Origin: an uncultured Candidatus Saccharibacteria bacterium | GTDB lineage: Bacteria > Patescibacteriota > Minisyncoccia > Phycocordibacterales > CSBR16-119 | Direction of reading: 5' to 3' | Assembly: GCA_964652835.1 (NCBI GenBank) | Contig: CAZZCB010000002.1 | Location: 584-64,583, forward strand | DNA length: 64,000 nt | Shown: piece by piece, positions 10,161 to 17,812 of the stretch | Numbering within the stretch: position 1 is the first letter of the stretch | Layout: each line of letters begins with the position of its first letter | The notes under the pieces: generated by a model | What the model was told of the DNA's origin: nothing | Databases searched by the model: none | The model's input: only the letters and a program-made list of their open reading frames with translations | Position numbers and translations under genes: made by a program

Positions 10161-10385
10161 ATGCCACGCACACTCAAGACCGACAAATTCTTCTTGTATA
10201 AACCCACCAAAAGTGGACCTCGAAGGAACAGCATCTTCATTGGGGTTAACGATAAATTCGAAGGAGGGGTAAGTAATGTTAACCTCCAGGATCTGATCGA
10301 ATTCTTGGGAAAGAACAATATCGACCCTTCTGATGTTCCCATGGAAAGGTTCATGGCCTTCATATCAGTCAAGAAAAAATCGTAG
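10161..10385 (+). CDS. Hypothetical small protein.
   Basis: 74-aa ORF followed by two + strand hairpin terminators (about 10408-10450 and 10520-10555). A competing antisense ORF at 10094..10372 is not preferred because it lacks a terminator. Confidence 0.3.
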   Translation: MPRTLKTDKFFLYKPTKSGPRRNSIFIGVNDKFEGGVSNVNLQDLIEFLGKNNIDPSDVPMERFMAFISVKKKS

Positions 10386-10615
10386 TCAGTATGACCGCGA
10401 TAGCCGCCCGTAAGGAAATACCTTAACGGGTGTTTTCTTTTTATTCACTCAAAACTCCTTTTAAATATTGAAGCTCCGTAGCTAATCGGTTTATAAAATT
10501 AATATTAAAGTCCACCTTATCAAAATCCGCACCCGAAAGTGCGGATTTTGTATTTCTGTGTGCTTAGTTGACTTTCAGTCCCAGAAAATTAGAATGAAAT
10601 AAAACTCACTTAAAG

Positions 10616-10999
10616 ATGATAGTACAGAACAAAGAAATCTGGAGTCTTCTCTTGAAGAAGATAAACAAGAAGGGCGAAATGACGATTATCCGTTATTATC
10701 CATTCATAAGTGGACCGCTAGGGGAAGACTCATTCGTTGCCGAGGATGAAGTCAAAAAGCAGGGTGCAATTGGCGAAATTGATCCCGGTGCGTCAAAAGT
10801 GGTTAAGATGGTTGAGTTGATCCTTAGTCGGGCAACATCGCTCGCTGGTATGCCCCGGGATAATAAAACTTCGGTTATGTGTCAATTCCGAAAGCGAAGT
10901 GGCGAAGTTGTCACCGTGTACTTTTCCCACTACGAATCTCAGAGGGTTATCTCTGAAAGAATTCGTTCGTCATCTTTAGGGATTCCAGTTCCTTCCTAA
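10616..10999 (+). CDS. Hypothetical protein (higher-GC ORFan).
   Basis: 127-aa ORF followed by a GC-rich terminator GCCCCGAGCGC-acat-CGCGCTGGGGC plus T7 at about 11013-11050. Confidence 0.4.
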   Translation: MIVQNKEIWSLLLKKINKKGEMTIIRYYPFISGPLGEDSFVAEDEVKKQGAIGEIDPGASKVVKMVELILSRATSLAGMPRDNKTSVMCQFRKRSGEVVTVYFSHYESQRVISERIRSSSLGIPVPS

Positions 11000-11070
11000 G
11001 GCTCAGCCTTCCAAGTCCAAGCCCCGAGCGCACATCGCGCTGGGGCCTTTTTTTATGCTATATTTAATCA

Positions 11071-12180
11071 ATGACAAAAGAATCAATAATTTTCCTTCTA
11101 TCTGTTAGCGTGGTAACTCTTGGACTTTCATTTTTCACCGCTTTCCTTTATACCAAAGCTATTCCGATGAGCCCGTTACTTTCTCGCGGTATTCGTATCG
11201 CTGGATTTGTTTTTCCGTTTATTTTTGTTTTAGCGAACGCTCTCAGCCGTTTTTCAAATCTAGAGTTTGTAAAATGGATATATACTTTTATGAGTGTTGG
11301 TGCTGGGATAGCTTTTTATCTACTGCTCGGGGCTATTTTACTCGGGCTTCTGATGCTTCTTTATAAAATTTTCGGAAAAAGTCTGCCAGTATACGTATCT
11401 TGGATTGTTTTGATTACTTCAACAGCGCTTTCGATTTTAGGATTTATACAAGCCAGAGATATCAAAAAAGTTTCTTATGAAGTGGCGATAGAAAATCTTC
11501 CTCGAGGTTTTGAGAATAAAAAAGCAATACTTTTCTCTGACACTCACTACGGTTTGGTAAATAATAAAAGAGCTGTAAAAAGGTTAGTCAATAAAATAAA
11601 CGGAGAAAACCCCGACTTGGTTTTTATTGCTGGCGACCTCTTTGATGGACCTGATGTAAAAACTTCACCGATGACTGCTCTTTGGTCACAGATGTCTTTG
11701 AAGTATCCTGTTTTTTACGCACCAGGAAATCATGAAGAATACGGGAACTACGGTAAGTTTATAACATCAATAAAAGATGCTGGATTTTTTGTGCTTGAGG
11801 ATCAGGCTGCGACTTTCAACGGAGTAAATATTGTTGGTTTAAAATACAGAAGTAAAAATAAAGAGGCAGAGGTGGCTGAAGTTTTTGAGAATTTAAATAT
11901 TGAAAATGATTTTCCAACTTTTGTTATAAACCACCCGCCGACTTTTTTAGAAACTTTAGAAGTTAACGGCGCTGATCTAATGATGTCAGGCCACACTCAC
12001 AGAGGACAGTTTTGGCCGCTTAGATATATCACGAAAGCGATTTATGGAAAATATCATTACGGACTAAATACTTTTAAGGGTTTGCAAATCATAACAACAA
12101 GCGGAGTAGGCACAGCTGGTCCACCAGTAAGACTTTTCAATACCCCAGAGATTGTTGAAATAACTTTCAAGGCAAAATAG
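11071..12180 (+). CDS. Membrane-anchored metallophosphoesterase (calcineurin-like).
   Basis: Four N-terminal TM helices, then the motifs 'ILFSDTHYG', 'IAGDLFDG', 'GNHEEYG', 'NHPP' and 'GHTHRGQ'. Confidence 0.75.
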   Translation: MTKESIIFLLSVSVVTLGLSFFTAFLYTKAIPMSPLLSRGIRIAGFVFPFIFVLANALSRFSNLEFVKWIYTFMSVGAGIAFYLLLGAILLGLLMLLYKIFGKSLPVYVSWIVLITSTALSILGFIQARDIKKVSYEVAIENLPRGFENKKAILFSDTHYGLVNNKRAVKRLVNKINGENPDLVFIAGDLFDGPDVKTSPMTALWSQMSLKYPVFYAPGNHEEYGNYGKFITSIKDAGFFVLEDQAATFNGVNIVGLKYRSKNKEAEVAEVFENLNIENDFPTFVINHPPTFLETLEVNGADLMMSGHTHRGQFWPLRYITKAIYGKYHYGLNTFKGLQIITTSGVGTAGPPVRLFNTPEIVEITFKAK

Positions 12181-12221
12181 TATCTTGCCTTTTTTGAGTT
12201 GGCGTTGTATAATCTCGAAGA

Positions 12222-12443
12222 ATGTTTATATATATGGGGTCGTTGGCTACGGGTCGACATTCGAGCATTCCCCGCTCTTTAGCACTTGTCCGTTTTGGAC
12301 AAAAAGAAATCACCAAAAGCTTAGGTGATGAAATCAATGAAATGTTCAGAGAACTTTCTTCAGGTGAAGACAGCGAGCTGGATTATGACAGCGGTTTTAT
12401 TATCGAGACCGGAGGTGGAAAATTACCCGCAATATTAGAGTGA
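12222..12443 (+). CDS. Hypothetical small acidic protein (questionable).
   Basis: 73-aa ORF in a 430-bp intergenic block, followed by a strong 12-bp palindromic hairpin at about 12538-12575. Confidence 0.2.
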   Translation: MFIYMGSLATGRHSSIPRSLALVRFGQKEITKSLGDEINEMFRELSSGEDSELDYDSGFIIETGGGKLPAILE

Positions 12444-12634
12444 GTAATTTTGTTTTATTCCTAGGTGTAGACTTAAAATACTTAACCTGGAATTTGTCCG
12501 CAAGGACGAAAAAATAATAGTGAGCATATCGCTGTTATGAAAGACCGAAACCATATGGTTTCGGTCTTTCTCGTTTTGCTGTATTCCACAGTTTTCTGGC
12601 AGAAATATTGTTTTTTATTGGTATAATAAAAATA

Positions 12635-15553
12635 ATGAGGAAAAAAATATCTTTTTTAATTTTAACTATTCTAGCTGTCGGCAGTTTGTATTTCTTAGCT
12701 TTCCCTAAGGGGGATGAGGTTTTTGCGGGGGTTGGTTCAGTCATTGATGTTATTAAAATTGACTCAAGCACAACTAATGGCCCGACCACTTCGGCCGATG
12801 ATAATTACGGATACTCTGTAAGCAATATTGGCGATTTAAACAATGATGGAATTGATGATGTTGCTGTTGGCGCACCTGACGATGATGCCGGAGGATTTAG
12901 TCGAGGAGCGGTTCATATTCACTTTATGAACACAGACGGATCTATTGATTCTACAGTGGAAATAAACGACTTAACTGCGAATGGTCCCACACTTAGTAAT
13001 CTAGATCGTTACGGTACTTCTGTTACAGGTCTTGGCGATTTAAACAATGACGGCGTCATAGATATTGCCGTGGGAGCACCAAGAGATGACTCCGGAGGTG
13101 TTGACTTCGGTGCTTTCTATATTCACTTTATGAACACAGACGGATCTATTGATTCTACAGTGGAAATAAACGACTTAACTGCGAATGGTCCAGACTTTTC
13201 TGGGACGTGGCCTTATTTTGGTTCAAGTATTGACGGATCTGTGGATCTAAACGCAGATGGTGTGAATGATATTATTGTGGGCGCACCGCTTGATGATGAA
13301 AGTGGATTTAACTTCGGTGCTTTCTATATTCTATTTATGAACACGGATGGTTCTGTTGATTCGACTGTTAAAATAAACGACTTAACTACAAATGGTCCGG
13401 CCTTAGATGAAAGCTATTCTTATGGTGCGTCTGTTTCTTTTGTGGGTGACATAAATGATGACGGTGTTGTAGATATTGCAGTAGGGGCAGACAGTGACGG
13501 CTCTCTAGGCGCGGGTAGAGGGTCCATGTTTATTCACTTTATGAACATAGATGGCTCTATTGATTCTACTACCAAAATTAACGGTAACACCAGTAATGGA
13601 CCAACGCTTCTTAATAATGGTCTTTACGGTTCATCTATTAGAGGGATTGGGGATCTAAACGCAGATGGCGTGGAAGATATTGCTGTCGGGGCTCCCGGTG
13701 ACTCATTGTTGGGTGCCACATATTTACATTTTATGAATGAAGATGCTTCTATTTACAGGACATTTAAAATGACATCGGCAAACCAAGATGGACTGGTTCT
13801 GAGTTTAGGTGCCTCATATGGCTATTCCATTGCGCATTTGGGTGATTTTAATAGTGACGGCGTGGAAGATATTGCAGTTGGAGCTTTAAACGAAGAAGCC
13901 TTTTTTATCCATTTTCTGGAATTAACACCAGATGTTTTGGTTACTCAAACAGGATCAGATACTACTGTTTACGAATCAGGTCTGACAGACACAATCAATG
14001 TAGTGCTTGATTTCGTTTCCCCAAATGATCCCGTAACGGTTACGCTTGTAAGCAGTAGTCCAGATATGATTCTCGATCAAACAACTCTCGTTTTCGATAA
14101 TTTAAATTGGGATACTCCCCAAGCTGTTACCATATCTGCTGTAAATGATACCGAAGTGGAAGGAGCAGAGGTTGCAACCATTTCTTATATAGTTGAATCA
14201 GATGATGTTGCTTACGACGGTTACGCCATTTCTAACACATCTGTTAATATTGTAGACAATGATTCTGGTGTTCTCTATACTATTATTATGGATTATGGAA
14301 GTTATGATCTTTCTGAGGACGGAGATGTGAATATTGTAGACGTAGTTCTCTCGGGTGACCCAGGGGATGATGTTACTGTTACTCTTATCCCAGACGATCA
14401 GATTACACTAGATATTGAGGAATTATTTTTTACATCCGGAGACTGGGACCTTCCTCAGACAGTAACTATCACAGCAATCGACGACCTTGATGTTGAAGGT
14501 CTTCACGATGGTCTTATATCTTCAACTTCTTCTTCATTGAACCCAGATTTTAATAATCTTTCTATTGCCGATGTATCTCTTTTAATTCTAGATAACGATG
14601 TTGGTGTAGTTGTGACAGAAACAAATACCACTACTGAAGTCACAGAAGGGGGCGCCACAGACACTTTTAGTGTGGTGATGTCAACGCAGCCTACCGATGA
14701 CGTTGTGGTAACGATGTCTTCAGATGCGCAAATTTCTTTGGATGCAAATATTCTGACATTTACAACTCTAGATTGGGATACCTCGCAAGTGGTCACCGTA
14801 ACAGCCATAAACGACGCAGTTATAGAAGGTAACCACACTGGTCTTGTGGGATTTGCAGTCTCTTCTTTCGACGTAAACTACGATCTCTATTTATTAGAAG
14901 ATGTTACTGCATCTATAACAGATAACGACCCAGAACCTGAGCCAGATCCAGAGCCACAGGCTTCAGGGTCTTCAAGTAGTTCTGGTTTTATAATGCCTCA
15001 TATTCGCTTCAAGGACAAAATAAAGGACACAGATTTTCGGTTTGTAGATTTGGAAGCTTACGCGCCATACACCATAACTTACTTTGAAATATCAAACACT
15101 CCAGATTTCTTCATTAAAGAAACTTATCAAAGAGAATACACACAAAAAGATTTGTATTGGGATCTGTGTAAGGGTCTTTCCTCGTGCGTTTCTGGAGAAA
15201 AATTAGTTTACGCTCGTTTTTACAGCGACGTTGTCGGAGTTCGTGAAGATGTTATATCTATAAACTACAATCCAAAGCTTGAGTGTCCGTACTTTAAAGG
15301 ATTCCTGCGAAAAGGTTCAAAGACAAATGATCCATTAGAAGTGAAAAAAGCACAAGAATTCTTAAATAGGGAATTAAATATCAATCTAGACATAGACGGC
15401 ATTTTTGGAAAGTATACAGATAGGGCCGTTAGAGACTTCCAAGAAAAATATCCACAAGAAATCTTATTCCCATGGCAAGGGTTAACTAAATCAACAGGTT
15501 GGTGGTATATCACAACATCAAGATATGCAAATATTTTAATGGGATGTAAATAA
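12635..15553 (+). CDS. Large secreted FG-GAP/integrin-alpha-like repeat protein with Ig-like/Calx-like middle domains and a C-terminal peptidoglycan-binding-like module.
   Basis: Signal anchor MRKKISFLILTILAVGSLYF. At least 7 repeats of 'DLNNDGxxDxAVGAP.DD..G...GA..IHFMNTDGS'. A PEPEPDPEP linker, 'SGSSSSSG', then the C-terminal 'LEVKKAQEFLN...DGIFGKYTDRAVRDFQ' (PG_binding_1-like). Confidence 0.8.
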   Translation: MRKKISFLILTILAVGSLYFLAFPKGDEVFAGVGSVIDVIKIDSSTTNGPTTSADDNYGYSVSNIGDLNNDGIDDVAVGAPDDDAGGFSRGAVHIHFMNTDGSIDSTVEINDLTANGPTLSNLDRYGTSVTGLGDLNNDGVIDIAVGAPRDDSGGVDFGAFYIHFMNTDGSIDSTVEINDLTANGPDFSGTWPYFGSSIDGSVDLNADGVNDIIVGAPLDDESGFNFGAFYILFMNTDGSVDSTVKINDLTTNGPALDESYSYGASVSFVGDINDDGVVDIAVGADSDGSLGAGRGSMFIHFMNIDGSIDSTTKINGNTSNGPTLLNNGLYGSSIRGIGDLNADGVEDIAVGAPGDSLLGATYLHFMNEDASIYRTFKMTSANQDGLVLSLGASYGYSIAHLGDFNSDGVEDIAVGALNEEAFFIHFLELTPDVLVTQTGSDTTVYESGLTDTINVVLDFVSPNDPVTVTLVSSSPDMILDQTTLVFDNLNWDTPQAVTISAVNDTEVEGAEVATISYIVESDDVAYDGYAISNTSVNIVDNDSGVLYTIIMDYGSYDLSEDGDVNIVDVVLSGDPGDDVTVTLIPDDQITLDIEELFFTSGDWDLPQTVTITAIDDLDVEGLHDGLISSTSSSLNPDFNNLSIADVSLLILDNDVGVVVTETNTTTEVTEGGATDTFSVVMSTQPTDDVVVTMSSDAQISLDANILTFTTLDWDTSQVVTVTAINDAVIEGNHTGLVGFAVSSFDVNYDLYLLEDVTASITDNDPEPEPDPEPQASGSSSSSGFIMPHIRFKDKIKDTDFRFVDLEAYAPYTITYFEISNTPDFFIKETYQREYTQKDLYWDLCKGLSSCVSGEKLVYARFYSDVVGVREDVISINYNPKLECPYFKGFLRKGSKTNDPLEVKKAQEFLNRELNINLDIDGIFGKYTDRAVRDFQEKYPQEILFPWQGLTKSTGWWYITTSRYANILMGCK
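12917..13395 (+). repeat. Intragenic tandem repeats of about 204 bp, with two about-71-bp copies identical at the nucleotide level.
   Basis: 'ATTCACTTTATGAACACAGACGGATCTATTGATTCTACAGTGGAAATAAACGACTTAACTGCGAATGGTCC' occurs at about 12917-12987 and again at about 13121-13191. A diverged third copy is at about 13319-13395. Confidence 0.85.
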
Positions 15554-15556
15554 AAC

Positions 15557-15587
15557 AAAAGAGCCTGAAGGCTCTTTTGTTTTATTT
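15557..15587 (+). terminator. Rho-independent terminator.
   Basis: AAAGAGCC-tgaa-GGCTCTTT plus TGTTTTATTT. Confidence 0.65.
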
Positions 15588-15665
15588 GTGGATAACTAGA
15601 CACGAATATAAAAAATCATTGTTATAATAAAAACAATTATCAGTTAATTCTTAATTACTTTTATT

Positions 15666-17549
15666 ATGAATCAAAACAAAGAAGAGGGAGCTGTGGAGAT
15701 GAGCAAGGGGATGGTAGGTGTTGGGGTCGCTCTGGCACTTGCGCTAATTATTGGATTTTTTGTATATCCGAATATTCTTCATCAAAAAGGAGAACTTGCA
15801 CCAGACGCTCCAAAAAATTTGGCGGGTACAGCGGGAGATGGAATTCTTGATTTAACCTGGACTGCTCCAGCAGACGGAGGGTCTCCTATCACCTCATATA
15901 ATGTTAAATATGATGTTGTTGGTGGTGAAAATGAAACTATTGTTGATACTCGTACAAATAAAGCTTTCTATACTTTGACAGGGCTTACAAATGGTGAGAC
16001 TTATACGGTGTCTGTATCTGCGGTAAACGCAATAGGCGAGGGTCTGTATTCAGCTACGGCAGAATTTGGACTTGATGCGGTTGATGTGGGTGCGCCTCCA
16101 ACCGCCGCAACAAATCTTTCTGCTACAGGAGGTCAAAATAAAGTTAACTTAACCTGGGATGCTGCAGCAGAAAAAGGGTCTGCTATTACTGACTATATTG
16201 TTGGTTATAGAGTGAAAGAAAGTGGTCTTGATTACACAGAAATTTCTACCAAATCAACAAACACAGCATATTCAGTATTAGACCTTGCTGATGCTACTAT
16301 CTATGAGTTTGTTGTTTATGCTGTCAGTGATGCGGGAAATAGTGCGGCCTCTGCTGCTGCTACGGCTACCACTCTACCAGCTCTTGATCCTGGTGTAGAC
16401 CTTTCAATATCTACTGAGCCAACTGTTACCGTAACAAGTAACAGCGCGGAGATAACTTGGGGAACATCAAAATCAGCATCTTCTCAAGTTTACTACGGGG
16501 TAACAGACAGTATGGGGTCAATGACTGAAAAGATGAATACGACTCCGATGGTTAAAGGGCACACAGTAAGCCTCAGCTCCCTTGCTTCTTGTACGATCTA
16601 TGTTTACAAAGTTGCGTCTTTTGACTCTGAGGAAAATATGGTTGAAAGCACGGCTGGTGAATTCACCACTGCGGGCTGTAAAGGAGACGCTTCTGTGATA
16701 ACTTACTCAAAAGACAAAGCAACAGCAGATACTGGGGTTACAGTTACAGCTAAGGTTTCAGGAAGAGGTCTTACTGTTACAGTTCCAGCAGCGGTTGTTA
16801 CAGGATCAGACGTGGCAATCCAAGCACTAAAAGTTTCTAAAGATGAGGTTGTCGCAGAAATAGCGAAACCTGCTGGAAAAGAATGGATTGGTTCACCTTA
16901 CATCCTAAACGCTATCGAAAACGCATCCACAGAAGTAACATCTTTTGATAAGCCGGTAACAGTTTCTATAGATTACCAAAATGAAGATGTTGGAAATGTA
17001 GATCCAAATACGTTAAAGATTTGGCACTATGAAGATGGGGCGGGATGGAGAGAGTTATCTTCTTGTTCTACTTCGTTAAACGGTGTTGGTGGAACTGTGA
17101 CTTGTTCCACAACCTCATTCTCTGTGTTCGGTTTGTTTGGTGAAGAGGGTTCTGGTGGCGGTGATACTGGAGGTGGTGATAATGACCCCACGCCTTCTCC
17201 TTCAAGACCTTCTACTACAACAGGAAGTGTCCCTACAAATCCGATAGTTGTTAATCCTCCAATGGATAACAATGAATATAATTTTACAAAAAATCTATGG
17301 GTAGGAATTCGAGATATGGATGTAAAACTACTACAAAGATTTCTAAACCTAAAAGGATTCACTGTTTCAACAGACGGACCTGGATCAGCGGGGCAGGAAA
17401 CTGAATTCTTCGGAGCTAAAACAAAACAGGCTTTGATCAAGTTTCAAGAAGCTTACAAAGTAAATATTTTAACTCCGATAGGTCTTAATTTAGGAACAGG
17501 ATTCTTCGGGCCTCAGACAAGAAATTATATAAATTCAATGTCTAACTAA
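15666..17549 (+). CDS. Secreted fibronectin-III-repeat surface protein with a C-terminal peptidoglycan-binding-like module.
   Basis: N-terminal TM/signal. Two FN3-like units ('LDLTWTAPADGGSPITSYNVKYD', 'VNLTWDAAAEKGSAITDYIVGYR') and a PAP-N-like FN3 ('AEITWGTSKSASSQVYYG'). A Pro/Thr/Ser linker. C-terminal 'LLQRFLNLKGF...FGAKTKQALIKFQ'. Confidence 0.75.
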   Translation: MNQNKEEGAVEMSKGMVGVGVALALALIIGFFVYPNILHQKGELAPDAPKNLAGTAGDGILDLTWTAPADGGSPITSYNVKYDVVGGENETIVDTRTNKAFYTLTGLTNGETYTVSVSAVNAIGEGLYSATAEFGLDAVDVGAPPTAATNLSATGGQNKVNLTWDAAAEKGSAITDYIVGYRVKESGLDYTEISTKSTNTAYSVLDLADATIYEFVVYAVSDAGNSAASAAATATTLPALDPGVDLSISTEPTVTVTSNSAEITWGTSKSASSQVYYGVTDSMGSMTEKMNTTPMVKGHTVSLSSLASCTIYVYKVASFDSEENMVESTAGEFTTAGCKGDASVITYSKDKATADTGVTVTAKVSGRGLTVTVPAAVVTGSDVAIQALKVSKDEVVAEIAKPAGKEWIGSPYILNAIENASTEVTSFDKPVTVSIDYQNEDVGNVDPNTLKIWHYEDGAGWRELSSCSTSLNGVGGTVTCSTTSFSVFGLFGEEGSGGGDTGGGDNDPTPSPSRPSTTTGSVPTNPIVVNPPMDNNEYNFTKNLWVGIRDMDVKLLQRFLNLKGFTVSTDGPGSAGQETEFFGAKTKQALIKFQEAYKVNILTPIGLNLGTGFFGPQTRNYINSMSN

Positions 17550-17812
17550 ACCTAAAATAAGCTAAATAAAACAGGCACCTTTTTGACAAAGGTGCTTGTT
17601 TTAGTAATATATATAACGATATTTAGTAAGGTACTTGACAAATGGTATACATTTAGTGTATAATCCGTCATGTATAAAAACCCTAAAGAAAAAGTAATAA
17701 GGGTCAGCATTGTTCGTTCAGAGACACAATAAGAGACAAAAAGTCTTTTATAGGTGTCCTTTATCAGTTAGTTATTAGTAGAAAGCTTATTAGTTTTTAA
17801 AAGACATATTAT

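Noticed and set aside
12236-12575. tmRNA (ssrA) candidate beginning GGGGTCG...GGTCGAC
   Set aside because: No tRNA-like 3' end (T-arm GGTTCGAATCC or CCCC-ACCA complement to the 5' GGGG) and no resume-codon/ALAA tag could be found. The terminal hairpin is a 12-bp perfect palindrome, unlike a T-arm.
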